From the NCBI GenBank assembly GCA_964016885.1, contig OZ024743.1, positions 127,782,001 to 127,846,000 on the forward strand: a DNA stretch of 64,000 nucleotides. The letters are read 5' to 3'. This DNA comes from Eledone cirrhosa. Taxonomy: Eukaryota. Position numbers and translations under genes: made by a program. Positions 40,401 through 54,329 of the stretch are shown here, one piece after another; within the stretch, counting starts at the first letter, position 1; each line of letters starts with the position of its first letter. Below the pieces are notes generated by a model that was not told the origin of the DNA, ran no database searches, and saw only the letters and a list, made by a program, of their open reading frames with translations.

Positions 40401-43400
40401 GCCAGCCAACAGACCATCCAGCCATCGAGCCATCTGTCCAGCCAGCCAACAGCCCATGCAGCCATCCAGCCATCTGTCCACCCAGCCAACAGACCATCCA
40501 GTCATCCAGCCATCTGTCCAGCCAGCCAACAGCCCATGCAGTCATCCAGCCATCTGTCCACCCAGCCAACAGCCTATCCAGCCATCCAGCCATCTGTCCA
40601 CCCAGCCAACAGCCCATGCAGCCATCCAGCCATCCAGCCAACAACTCATCCAGCCATCTGTCCACCCAGCCAACAGCCCATCCAGCCAACCAGCCAACTG
40701 TCCACCCAGCCAACACCCCATCCTGCCAACCAGCCATCTCTCCACCCAGCCAACTGCTCATCCCGCCATCCAGCCAACTGTCAACCCAGCCAACAGCACA
40801 TCCAGCCATCCAGCCATCTGTCCGCCCAGCCAACAGCCCATGCAGCCATCCAGCCATCTGTCCATCCAGCCAACAACTCATCCAGCCAACCAGCCAACTG
40901 TCCACCCAGCCAACAGCCCATCCTGCCAACCAGCCATCTCTCCACCCAGCCAACTGCTCATCCCGCCATCCAGCCAACTGTCCACCCAGCCAACATACCA
41001 TCCAGCCAACCAGCCAACTGCCCATCCAGCCATCCAGCCATCTGTCCACCCAGCCAACAGCCCATCCAGCCATCCAGCCATCTGACCATCCAGCCAACAA
41101 CTCATCCAGCCATCCAGCCATCTGTCCGGCAGCCAACAGCTTATCCAGCCAACCAGCCATCTCTCCACCCAGCCAACTGCTCATCCCGCCATCCAGCCAA
41201 CTCTCCACTCAGCCAACAGCACATCCAGCCATCCAGCCATCTGTCCACCCAGCCAACAGCCCATGCAGCCATCCAGCCATTGTGTCTGCCCAGCCAACAG
41301 CCCATCCAGCCATCCAGCCATCTGTCCACCCAGCCAACAGCCCATGCAGTCATCCAGCCATCCTTCCACCCAGCCAACTGCCCATCCAGCCATCTGTCCA
41401 ACCAGCCAACAGCCCATCCAGCCATCTGTCCACCCAGCCAACAGCCCATCCAGCCATCTGTCCATCCAGCCAACTGACCATCCAGCCATCTGTCCACCCA
41501 GCCAACAGCCCATCCAGCCATCTGTCCACCCAGCCAACAGCCCATCCAGCCACCTGTCCACCCAGCCAGCAGCCCATCCAGCCACCTGTCCACCCAGCCA
41601 GCAGCCCATCCAGCCCATCCAGCCATCTGTCCACAATCCAACAGCCCATCCAGCGATCGAGCCATCTGTTGACCCAGCCAACAGCCCATCCAGCCATCCA
41701 GCCATCTGTCCACCCAGCCAACAGACCATCCAGCCATCGAGCCATCTGTCCACCCAGCCAACAGCCCATCCAGCCATCCAGCCATCTGTCCGCCCAGCCA
41801 ACAGACCATCCAGCCATCTGTCCACCCAGCCAACAGCCCATGCAACCATCCAGCCACCTGTCCACCCAGCCAACAGCTCATGCAGCCATCCAGCCGTCTG
41901 TCCACCCAGCCAACAGCCCATGCATCCATCCAGCCACCTGTCCACCCAGCCAACAGCTCATGCAGCCATCCAGCCGTCTGTCCACCCAGCCAACAGCCCA
42001 TGCAACCATCCAGCCATCTGTCTACCCAGCCAACAGCCCATGCATCCATCCAGCCATCTGTCCACCCAGGCAACAGCCCATGCAGCCATTCAGCCACCTG
42101 TCCACCCAGCCAACAGCCCATGCAGCCATCCAGCCATCTGTCCACCCAGGCAACAGCCCATGCAGCCATCCAGCCATCTGTCCACCCAGCCAACAGCCCA
42201 TGCAGCCATCCAGCCATCTGTCCACCCAGGCAACAGCCCATGCAGCCATTCAGCCATCTGTCCACCCAGCCAACAGCCCATGCAGCCATCCAGCCACCTG
42301 TCCACCCAGCCAACAGCCCATCTAGCCATCCAGCCATCTGTCCACCCAGCCAACAGCCCATGCAGCCATCCAGCCATCTGTCCACCCAGCCAACACTCCA
42401 TCCAGCCATCCAGCCACCTGTCCACCTTGCCAACAGCCCATGCAGCCATCCAGCCATCTGTCCACCCAGCCAACAGCCCATCTAGCCATCCAGCCATCTG
42501 TCCACCCAGCCAACACTCCATCCAGCCATCCAGCCACCTGTCCACCCAGCAAACAGCTCATGCAGCCATCCAGCCGTCTGTCCACCTTGCCAACAGCCCA
42601 TGCAGCCATCCAGCCATCTGTCCACCCAGCCAACAGCCCATCCACCCATCCAGCCATCTGTCCACCCAGCCAACACTCCATCCAGCCATCCAGCCACCTG
42701 TCCACCCAGCCAACAGCCCATCCAGCCATCTGCCCAGCCCAGCCAACTGACCTAGCCTTCCATCCAGCCATCTGTCCACCCAGCCAACAGCCCATCCAGC
42801 CATCCAGCCATCTGTCCACCCAGCCAACAGTCCATCCAGCCATCCAGCCATCTGTCCACCCAGCCAACAGCCCATCCAGCCATCTGTCCACCCAGCCAAG
42901 AGCCCATCCAGCCATCCAGCCATCTGTCCACCCAGCCAACAGCCCATCCAGTCACCCAGCCATCTGGCTCTCCAGCCAACACCCCATCCAGCCATACAGC
43001 CATCTGTCCACACAGCCATCCAGCTATCCAGTCCTCCAACCATCTGTCCACACAGCCAACAGCCCATCCAGCCATCTGTCCACCCAGCCAACAGCCCATC
43101 CAGTCCTCCAGCCATCTGTCCACACAGCCATCTGACCATCCAGCCATCTTCCCCTCCAGCCAGCTGTCCACCCAGCCAACTGCCTATCCTTCCACTTCCA
43201 GCCATCCCTCCACCCAGCCAACTGACCCTCCAGCCATCTGTCCACCCAGCCAACTTCCCGTCCCAGCATCCAGCCATCTTCCCTCCAGCCATCTGTCCAC
43301 CCAGCCAACTGTCCCTCCAGCCAACTGTCCATCCCTCCATCCAGCCATCCCAGCATCCAGCCATCTCCCCATCCCAGCCCTCCAGCCATCCCTCCACCCA

Positions 43401-43452
43401 GCCAACAGCCCATCCACCCAGCCATCATCCCTCCAGCCAACTCTCCACCCAG
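37480..43452. repeat. ~6-kb satellite; 40-bp unit cagccaacagcccatccagccatccagccatctgtccacc built from 8-bp subrepeats, with 32-bp variants
   Basis: Directly visible; degenerates towards both ends. Confidence 0.95.
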
Positions 43453-43900
43453 TGTTCGTATGTGTGTCTGTATATGTAGTGTGTGCATATGCGTATGAGT
43501 GTGCATGGTATTGAAATGACTCTGTGGTTGTGTGTGAATATGTATGTGTGAGTTTATGAAGTGTGCGTATGCAGGTATGTATGCAGGTATGTATGTGTGT
43601 ATGTGTGCATGTGTATTTATGTGTGAATGTGTATGTATATATATATATGTATAAGAGTGTGTGTATGTGTGTGTGTATATATTTAGTTGTGTATGGAGGG
43701 TGTTGTTCTCGACTACACAATCTACCACATTATACTTGCTCTACCTAGAGCCACCTCAGTATCTCTTAACACAACCATCACCTCTACAACATCAATATTT
43801 AAGTAGAAACACTTGACTCTCTGTTGTACAGTTGAAACTCTCTCTCTCTCTCTCTCTCCCCCTCCCCCCAACCGCACTCTCTCTCCATCTCTGTGAGTGT

Positions 43901-44014
<114 letters not shown>

Positions 44015-44276
44015 TGTGTGTGTGTGTGTGTGTCGTTTTGTTTCCTGGGAAATGAAAAAGTTCAAATTTTAAATCAGTTAAAAAGAAATGTTTCGTTTAG
44101 AAAACCAAAAATAATACTACTCTACTTCTTTCTTCTTTTTCTTCTTCTTCTTCTTCATCGTCTTCTTCTTCTTCTTCTTTTTCCTTTTCTCTTCTTCTTC
44201 TTCTTCATCGTCTTCTTCTTCTTCTTCTTCTTCTTCTTCTTCTTCTTCTTCTTCTTCTTCTTCTTCTTCTTCTTCG

Positions 44277-44525
44277 AAGTTATCCCACTTTCCTGAGTTG
44301 CCTTCTCCTAGAAGAATGCCCTGACAAAGGCTAGGGGTCCTTCACTCCCAGTGGTTTAACCACGCGGTACATGTATATATACATATTTACACACTTTTGG
44401 ATGGCCGTTGACTCTTATGAGTTCTTCCGCCCTTTGTCAGGTTTTGTTTTTTGTCCTGCAGGGTGTCCAAAATCACCCTCCTCACCAAGTAAACTTGGTG
44501 GGGGTTGCCGGTTTAGTCGCCGACA
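44277..44525 (-). mobile_element. RTE-related short element adjacent to a (CTT)n tract
   Basis: ctaggagaagg motif shared with 55328; GC-rich unique piece between microsatellites. Confidence 0.4.
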
Positions 44526-44799
44526 TTCATACATACATACATACATACATACATACATACATACATACATACATACATACATACATACATACATACATGT
44601 GAGTGTATATATCTCTGTATATATACAATATAGAGGTAACCGTGACTGCATAATTAACTACTAACAAACGTGCTAATATGCAAATGTCCATTTTAGGATA
44701 TTACTGTAAGTGATATGGTATATAAGCCTCTCTGTAACCTATTTCCTTTTGGTTGTTTAGAACTTATCTTATACATGTGTAGAACTTATCTTATACATG

Positions 44800-44852
44800 T
44801 CTTCTGATAAGAAGCCAACTATATTCGAAATCAATTAAAAGTATTTATCATT
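44800..44852 (+). ncRNA. Degenerate HHR-like motif
   Basis: tctt-CTGATAA-gaa-gccaactata-ttc-GAAA-tcaat-TA-aaag. Confidence 0.35.
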
Positions 44853-46775
44853 TCTTCAATTTACAGGGAAAGACATATATTTGGCATGCTTACATATTTA
44901 TATACTAAAAATTTGTAAATTCATATACACATTTCCGTTGTTACGATTACTTCTATACTCTATTTATACAGATATAACTTTATCGGTTGCGAAGCGTATA
45001 ACTTTATATATATATTCTGCACAGTTTCTGCCTCCCAAATTTTACTCAGTAAGCCTTTATAAACCCGATGTTACTTAATCCATCACCCAGTTTAACACCA
45101 ACACCTTGCTTAAAGATGCTTTGGAGTCGTCCATTCTGTTGTAAGCATTATGGGTGGGCATCGTTTCCTATTAGAGGACTACTTTTGCCCTTCCTCTCAC
45201 CAGTCACAAAGGTCTTGATAAAAAGGGAATAGGTCCTTACCCTCTGCCTCTAGCTAAGCCAATATAAGAGCACACAAAATAATTTCACTGCACGATACTC
45301 TATAGGTTCATCAAATACAGCATCACTGGTTTCTGACCGCAGCCATGCTGGGGCATCGCTTTGAAAGGATTTAGTCGGTCTTTTCGACCCCAAATTTTAC
45401 TCACAGGATATTGATTGGTTAGGGCGATTACCTTCCACCTCGAAAGAAAATTTTAAAAAGAAAGAAATAGCACACGATATTTTGTATGGCACTCTACAGA
45501 TTCTGCCAATCCATCATCCTATCTATATAAAATATAATTCAAAATATCATTTAACACTTTTTATACCAGTCTGAATAAAACCGTCTCAGGTTCCATGAAA
45601 CAAAACCTCCAATTTAAAGAGTCCCTGCTTAAATTAAAATCTTCCAACGGCATTTTATATAAGAACTATATATTTAGTTATTATCTTAGTAGTGAAATAA
45701 TTAATAATTCTAGTAACCCACAAAAATTCTTCCTTAATTAATTTATATAGAATGTATTTCATTAGAAATACTGTCACAAAAGGGTTAAAAGCTATGAAGG
45801 TTGCAGGAACATCTTCAAAATTTACAACATCATATTCACTTTTTTTTTCATTAGTTAAACTTATTTTTAAACATACTTTCAATATTCTATACTTTTGTTC
45901 GTTAATAAACAATTCATGAACTTATATCCAAACTAATGCATATACCATGGAGTACCATGAGATTTTCTGAAGTTAGTGTTACAAATTGCCCACGTCATCA
46001 TCTCATTCTAGATACGTGAGTGTGTGTCCGTGAAACGTATACATATACACCAGGTCCGACCACAAAAGAACCAAACTCCCACTGTCACTGCCCCCGTCTC
46101 TCTCACACTCCCCATCATTCACTATTATGAGCGATATTCTCAGTTCTAAGGAAATGGATTGGCAGCATGGTTAGTGCCTTGGATGAAATGTATAGCAATA
46201 TTTAATTGCGGCTCTCTACGTCCCGGTTTCATATCGTGCCAAAGTGACCTTTGATTTTCATCCTTCCGAGGTCGATAAAATAAAGGACCAGTCAAGTATT
46301 GCGGTTGATAAAACAGACTTTCCCTTCTGCCAAAATTGCTGGCTTTGAGTCAATGTTAGAACGAATTATTTTATCAGTTCTAAGTGGAACAGAGAAAGTT
46401 GAATCTTCGATGTAAATTCAGATAACTTGACGGAGAGTCCTCAACGATGCTCCATTAAAATATTTTGGCGAGAACGAATTCATGTAATTATCTTAACTTT
46501 CAAAGAATCATCTCAAAGTTTGTGTTCACAGAACAAGACGACCAATTTGGAATATAAATGATAGCAGGGTTACATATAATTACTTCTTTATAGTTATAAT
46601 TATAATGTTGATTTTGTCGAGAGAAGCTCTGATGGATATATGTAAACATAAAGAGTATATCTACACACACATGTATATATATATACACACAGACACACAC
46701 ATACGGACACACACGCACACACACATTACACACACACACACACACATATATATATGTATGTATATATATATATAC

Positions 46776-47060
46776 TCTGTCCTACGCCATTTTGTTTCTG
46801 TGTGTGTCACAGAAACAAAATGGCGTAGGACAGAACAAAGGAGAGGCACAGAAACAAAGAAAGGAATCCCCAGTTACTGAAGAGGTCACAGAGTGTGTGA
46901 CGAAAGAACTATGACTATATATAAACAACTATCTGGTTGTGGAACCAACCAACCAACCAGAAATTTATAAATTTATTATAAATTTATTATAATAAATTGA
47001 AGTGAAAGCAACTGGTGCGTGTGTTTCTTATTGGCAACATGACCCTCCCAAAGTATAACA
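46776..47060 (+). mobile_element. Family I short HHR element with a 5' hairpin (46776-46834) in (TA)n
   Basis: ctgtcctacgccattttgtttctgtg/cacagaaacaaaatggcgtaggacag; the 3' end atgaccctccc...tataac is shared with 57295-57605. Confidence 0.7.
46872..46916 (+). ncRNA. Type I HHR, minimal stem III
   Basis: agtta-CTGAAGA-g-gtcac-agagtgt-gtgac-GAAA-gaac-TA-tgact. Confidence 0.7.
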
Positions 47061-47184
47061 ATATATATATATATATAAGGGCGGTGCCCCAGCATGGCCT
47101 CAGCCGGATGGCTGGAACAGGTAAAAGATAAAAGATATTTATCTATGTATATATGTATATATACAATATAACTTTTTAATTTAG

Positions 47185-49256
47185 AAGGGGATTGTTTAGC
47201 AACTTTATAGACATACTACTAAAACCAATTTTCAAACACATACCAAACCTTGTAAGAGACGACCTGGACCTCTTAAATCACCTCCCCAAACATGTCAACA
47301 ACGACATTATTATTGTGTCTTTCGATGAAGTGAATCTCTATACGATGGTCGCACACCAATACGGACTAGAAGCAATAGGGTTCTGGCTAGAAAAATACCC
47401 CAATGAGATCCCCAATGAGATCCCCAATGAAAAGGATAGAAAAAGCTTCATCACCGAGGGATTAAAATTAATTTTACAAAACAACTTTTTTGATTTCGAT
47501 AGCAACACTTACAAACAAATATCGGGGACTGCGATGGGTACTAAAGTCGCTCCAACTTACGCTAACTTAGTCGTGGCATACTTGTAAATCCAGATATATG
47601 AACAATTCAAATTAAAATACGGCTTGAACTTCCACAAATATTCGTTAGAGAATTGGAAACGCTACTTAGATGACTGCCTTATTCTATGGTCTCACACACT
47701 CGACCAACTAAATGAATTCAAAAAATGTTATTAACAGCATCAGTAACCGCATCCAATTCAAAATGGAACACAGTCGAGATCAACTCCCATTTCTGGACAT
47801 CTTAATCATAAAAAGACACAAATATTGAAACTGACATCCACTACAAATACCTGCTATTCACCTCCAGTCATCCAAAGCACACGAAGACGAACATTCGTTT
47901 TAATTTAGCAAGAAGAATTTGCACAATTGTCCTCAATTATGAAACACGAAATAAAAGACTCCGAGAATTAAAGGAAATTCTGCTCGAAAGACAGTACCCA
48001 CCGTTATTAATAGATAATGGAAAAGAAAGGTCTAAAACAATAGACATTGAAGAATTACGAAAACCATAGCAAACACAAGGTACGTCCAATATTCTATCAT
48101 ATATCTCAACAAAAAAATCCAAGAAATACGGAAGCATACAACATTATCCACAATAACATCACACTATTGAAACAAGACCCAGGGATGAAAAAAAGCACTT
48201 GAAACACACAATATAATTTTAAAAAAAGACAACCTAAATCACTAAAAATATTACTCAACAGTGCCAAATTACCCACAACCAACCCAACACCTACTGTCAA
48301 AAAATGTGGTCGTTCTAAATGCGGAACTTGCACTCACCTCATTGAAGGCACAATATATACATTTCAATCAGGACAAAATTCATTTCACTTGTTCATCAAA
48401 AAATTTATTTCATGCCATTAAATGTAAAGGATTTAAATCCTTTACATTTAATGGTATGAAATAAATTTATATAGGACAAACTAAACTCACCCTCAGAAAC
48501 AGAATGACAATTCATCACCAACAATTACGAGACCCTACCACATGACAGAAGATATGCGTGCAAACAATAAGACACCCAAATTCCAAGTCTTCCCACTTTA
48601 ACTTTGCTCTGACAATACAACAGACCAAATACGAATAAATAAGGAAAATATATTTATTCAAAAATATTTATTCAGTATTAAATATAGTTTAATATACGTT
48701 AATATGTTAACACCATAACATGCTAACCATAACACACACATAACAGCCTTCTCTATATTCGAAAATAAAACACCAGAGCTAAATATACTTTAACATACGT
48801 TGATATTTTAACACCCTAACATGACACCTCAGCACGACATCAGCCATATTCACTGAACCAGAACTATTTCTTCCCCTCCCATTTCTTAACCATTATCTTT
48901 TGTTTGGCACAAAACTTTCTATGACAAACCATCCTATTGTGGCCCCTATATTATATGCCCAATCACGTGACTGTAATCAAAGATTAAAAGGGCAAATACA
49001 ATAAGAACTTTCGAACATGAACTGACGCTAAATTTATTGTACTTATTCACGTGACAGTCATCAACCAACCAAATTACTTTAAAAATAAACCGACCAAATT
49101 ACTTTATAAAACAAAAAGAACTTTCGATCACGAACAAGATGCGAGACAAACCACAACAGAAACAAAACCCTCCATCTCAATTTTACTGTGAAACCGGTAA
49201 AGTAAATAAATAAATATTCTTAAAAGACTCCAGTTGCATTTTCAATTTCTTTTCCT

Positions 49257-49260
<4 letters not shown>
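47185..49260 (+). mobile_element. 5'-truncated Penelope-like retroelement (Neptune-like): RT, Cys-rich linker and GIY-YIG pseudogene plus 3' pLTR
   Basis: VSFDEVNLYT, KQISGTAMGTKVAPTYAN, WKRYLDDC, LPFLD, CGRSKCGTC, TCSSKNL, YIGQTKLTLRNRM; stops and frameshifts; ends in (TA)n. Confidence 0.9.
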
Positions 49261-49290
<30 letters not shown>

Positions 49291-49329
49291 ATTTAGCGAG
49301 AATCGCATTTCGGCGGGTAGAAATTAGCG

Positions 49330-49367
<38 letters not shown>

Positions 49368-49379
49368 GGAACTATCGAC

Positions 49380-49582
49380 TTTAGTCAAATCGAACCGAGG
49401 AAACAATGTTTCCGTTGGTCTTTCCAATTGCTAATACTTTCTATCGGTCGCAACTCCAGATAGAAGGAGCAACGTAAAATAAAGTGTCTTGTTCAAGGAC
49501 ATAACGCATCGCCCGGTTCGGGAATCGAACTCACAACCTCACGATTGCGAATCCAATTCTCTAACCACTCGGCCACACGCCT
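49380..49582 (-). mobile_element. tRNA-derived SINE (third family)
   Basis: gtggccgagtggttag...gagttcgattccc...tgtccttgaacaagacacttta; a relative lies at 51470-51590. Confidence 0.75.
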
Positions 49583-49585
49583 ATA

Positions 49586-49714
49586 TTATAACGAAGGAAG
49601 TGTGGTAAGGAACCAGGTGGACCATAACGCACCAGAGTACTTGATACTTTGGGTAGTAGAGTTGGTATAGTCGTCAAAACGGCCTGAGCTCTGTCGTCGG
49701 GGTTTTGACTCTTT

Positions 49715-49720
<6 letters not shown>
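49586..49720 (-). mobile_element. Family D element with an internal deletion
   Basis: Tail plus the right arm only. Confidence 0.7.
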
Positions 49721-49799
<79 letters not shown>

Positions 49800-50798
49800 G
49801 TGAGAGAGAGAGAAAGAAACAGAGAGAGCGAATTAGGAATTAGCTTCATGCATAGGTGTATACAGATATGTATTGAAATTTCGTATTTTTAAAGAAACAC
49901 GGTATGTTTATGGATAAACATTTATTTATATTTAAAGAGTGGTATGCTCATGCGCGGAAATACTATAAAATAGCTTATGAAATAGGATGAGGACTCTTAA
50001 GGACGGAAAAAGAAGTTGCCATCAGCCGTTACGATGAATCAAATCTCATATCTACCAGATACCGGCTAGGCACTTTGAACCATTAAACCAAGGTATCGTG
50101 ACAACGGACCCAGTTCCTCCGTAAAATCGGATCGTTAACAGACCCTCTGACGGAGGAAACCCGCGAGGTGGGGAGGCTGTTGCAGTGAGTGTCACTGGCC
50201 ATTGACCGCGGAAATGCCTTTGCAGTTTTGTCCGCGGGACGTAGCCTAAACATCGCCCCGCCTCAGGCATAGAGCCTATCGCCCTGTTTCCTCCCCCTCC
50301 CCTTTTCCGTGATCACATAGTCCTTGCTTTTTTCCTCGTTTTCCTCTCATTATGGCATTCATATCCCTTTCTTCTACTTTTCTATACAGTCAGTTCTGCC
50401 TTTTTACCCCTTCTCCCCTGTTTTATGCTTGGTTTTGTTTTATCATTTTTTCTTTTTTTCTTTTTCTTTTATGCTTCCATCAATATTTGTAATGTTATTC
50501 ATACACCTGTGAATTGATTTATTAAACATAAAATAGCTTATTGATAGGCACATATAGTAAGTACAGCGAATATTTTAAAATTTATTTTAAAACTTTTTCT
50601 CTATTTGCTAGACCTGGATTTTATATATTTAATTATGTCTCATATAAAATAATACAACCAACTTTCCACGGAATACTGTATAGTTAGCACCCCAAACACT
50701 TAATTGGGATTATACTTAGGTATATCCTAATGTTTGTTGAGTGAGAAGGAGTTGACCAGAGTATCGCTTAAAGATTTCTCTGTTAATGTATTAAATAT

Positions 50799-51180
50799 AT
50801 ATATTAGTAAAAAGGAAAAGAAAATGCTGACAAATTTTTCCCAGTGAAAAATAGTTTAATTAGGAATAAGTATAAATTAGTAATAAGTATTGGTTAGTAT
50901 TCAGTTTTAGTTTTAAGTTTTAACCGGTTGCGCATTTCTAATGCTTTTCAAAAATAATTTTGAGATAGAACGCTCGTGATGTTTGCTCTAATCATTAGAT
51001 TAGAGCAAACATTAGAGCAAACCGGTTAAAACTTAAAACAAAAACTGAATACTAACCATACTTATTACTAATTTATACTTATTCCTAATTAAAGTATTTT
51101 TCACTGGGAAAAATTTGTCAGCATTTTCTTTTCCTTTTTACTAATATATCACAACTCGTGTGTCACACCTCTATTTTTTT
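50799..51180 (+). mobile_element. Family C fold-back element, copy 1
   Basis: Arms 50799-50928 / 51021-51149, centre ctaatc-atta-gattag, tail cacaactcgtgtg. Confidence 0.8.
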
Positions 51181-51249
<69 letters not shown>

Positions 51250-51595
51250 CATCATTTCATTTTTCATCATTTCATTTTACGTCCGCTTTTCCCTGCTTGC
51301 AAAGGTGGGACGGGAACTGATTCTGGCTTGATTTCTACAGCTGGATGCACTTCCTAACACCAACCTCATTTACAGTGAGTGGTGGGTGCTTTTTTGCCGT
51401 GGGACCTCCACGACCACTTTTGCAGTGGAATGATATTGACCCCAGTCCCTATTATCTCATTTCTACAGCTGAGTAAACTGGAGCAATGTGAAATAAAGTG
51501 TCTTGCTCAAGGAAACAAGACATCACCCGGTCTGAGAATTGAACTCACAACCTTTCGATTGCAAGGCCAATGCTCTAACCACTGAGCCTCCATTT

Positions 51596-51777
<182 letters not shown>

Positions 51778-52158
51778 TCTACGATTTCACAGAACTTATG
51801 TTTACCGAATTCGCAGACCAGACCCCTTCTTCCTCCCGTTAGACCTGTGCGAAATTCCTTCCTTGCTCACATTACAACCAGGTTTGATGGTCTTTATTCT
51901 CTCGTTCACGATTTCACCGAATTTAAATTCATAGAAATTTGGGACTTCTCTCCTTCTTCCTCACTTTCTGTTGCTTCACCATTTTGTTTGTTTACCCTCG
52001 CGTCCCCTTTATTTACGTGTCCCAACGACTTTTTTTAGCCGTTGCTCGCACCAACCGGAGGTATATGGCGATGAAATGCCTATGATGGTTGGAAGATCAC
52101 TGATGAAGGACAAACTTTTTCATATGTAACCCATTTACAACTCCGCAGCGCCCTTATT

Positions 52159-52236
<78 letters not shown>

Positions 52237-52238
<2 letters not shown>

Positions 52239-52410
52239 ACGGAGGAGTTGTGGTAAGGAACCAGATGGACCATAACGCACCAGAGTACTCAATATCTAGG
52301 GTAGTAGAGTGGGTAATAGGAGATAGTATTTCTGGACTAAAGTGGACTTTAGTCCAGAAATAGCCGTCGAAACGGCTTGAGCTCTGCCGTCGGGGTCATA
52401 CTCTCTCCTA
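52237..52410 (-). mobile_element. Family D fold-back element (degenerate extra pieces at 52423-52500 and 56630-56765)
   Basis: Tail, centre tttctggactaaagt-gg-actttagtccagaaa, and GAAA-cggc-ttgagctct-gccg-TC. Confidence 0.75.
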
Positions 52411-52819
52411 TATATATATATATGGAAAGTGTAGTAAGAAACCAGGTGGATCTGGATATCGAAACGACCGGAGCTCAGCCGTCGGGTCCTGAAATTAGAT
52501 AGCTGAATGTCAACATTTAAATGTTAACAAACCAGGTGTACGTAGCCAATCTGTCGGACCTTCACGAAGCGCTGAGAGGATAAAATTAATACAAAGAGTG
52601 ATGTGTTCATGCATAGAGATATATATAGTTCAATATTAAAAAAACAAACAGAGAATTACACAATGTTTTATTAGTTTCAGGCTTGCTGGAAAAGATAGAT
52701 GAATACTGTTTCATTCGGTTGAGTCATTTCCACATTTCTGAAATAAATCATATACCCTCTCTACTTAATGTATTGCGTATTTTATTTAACTAGTCTTTTT
52801 CTATTCCTCTAGGAAGAAC

Positions 52820-52921
<102 letters not shown>

Positions 52922-52981
52922 TTATATTTAGGTATCAGCCGTACTAAGAGTGAGAAATGAAATTTCGTTTCATTCTTTTCC

Positions 52982-53074
<93 letters not shown>

Positions 53075-53890
53075 CCATACATATGTGTATATGTGTGAGT
53101 GTGTGTGCGCACAACCATATGAGTTGCTGTACAAGTGAAAATAGTAAAATATCATTTTTACAAAGCATTCAGTGATGTTTATTTTAGTAGTCAAATCTAA
53201 AACATAGTCGTGACCACACTTGAAATAAAGAAGCTGTGGCATTAAAAATTGTTACTGAAGGTAGTTTTATTTATTAGTGATATCCTTCATTTCTGCTTCT
53301 ACCACATCATATGCATCATTTAAATACATATCATGTTAGTAACTTAAACTAAAACAAACCTGCTTTCTCTTGTGTTTTGTAAATTAACCCGTTGCTCTAT
53401 ATTAAAAGGATTACATTTGTATAAGTACTGCTATCAAATAGCATTTATTGAATCATATCTGCATTTTATGAGAATTTTTTTTAATATATTATATAATTTA
53501 TTAGTAAGATAGCTATTTCAGTCTTCAGATGATTGAATAGAATTCTCGTTATTAAATTAAGTTTCAACGGTGGAGAATTGGCAGAATGCGTTAGTGTTTT
53601 GGATTAAATGCCTTGGTATTTGCTCTAGTTCATTGTGTTCTGAGTTCAAATCCTGCTTAGGTCAACCTTGTCTTTCATGTTTTCAGGCTTGATAAATAGA
53701 ATACCTCTCGAGTGGGCAGTGGTCCGGCGAAATTGTTAAAATGTCGGGCGGGCGCGGGATGATTTTGTGTTCCATGAATTCTAAATAAAATATGTTTATA
53801 AAGTTTGGGAGCAGAATGTAGCGTTCGTGTGACAGTTATTATTAAAATAGATGAAGTCACAATCTCTGCGTGGAATGCTTACGTACTTAC

Positions 53891-54032
53891 GCATTAATTT
53901 CATGAGCAGAGCCGTTCTGTTCATCACACAACTGGAACACTGATTGTCGAAACCAACGGACGTCCATTTGCTGCCAAAAATCCAATAATCTTTAGAAACT
54001 AGATTTGCTTTCGAAGCCAAACCTGTGTTCAT
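53891..54032 (-). CDS. Candidate ATG-led exon ending in phase 1 (MNTGL...CVMNRTALLMKLM)
   Basis: Open frame to a perfect donor c|gtaagt at 53890; TATA-like tttatatataag at 54095-54106. Confidence 0.3.
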
Positions 54033-54186
54033 TTCTTCAGTGTTTTTATTTGTTTGTTGAGGTTTGGTCGTTGCCAAGTAGTTACAACTCCCAACTTATA
54101 TATAAACTTGTATTCTCACTTATCTTCTCTGTTGGGGTTTATCCTTGCTTCACTCTCTTCTCCTCGGTAAAGAGAAACTTACTCAC

Positions 54187-54232
<46 letters not shown>

Positions 54233-54329
54233 CATATATACACATATATATACATGCATACATACATATATACATGTGTGTGTGTGTGTGTGTGTGTTAT
54301 ATATATATATATATATATATAGTGTAATA

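Noticed and set aside
37491-43135. Giant Q/P/S/H-rich ORFs (up to 1577 aa) and antisense W/G/M-rich ORFs
   Set aside because: They are translations of a satellite whose unit lacks stops; all frames are open, and the 40/32-bp units do not preserve frame.
52600-52737. Acceptor tttatttcag with downstream aataaa (possible terminal exon)
   Set aside because: All three frames stop within about 20 codons and it cannot be supported without transcripts.
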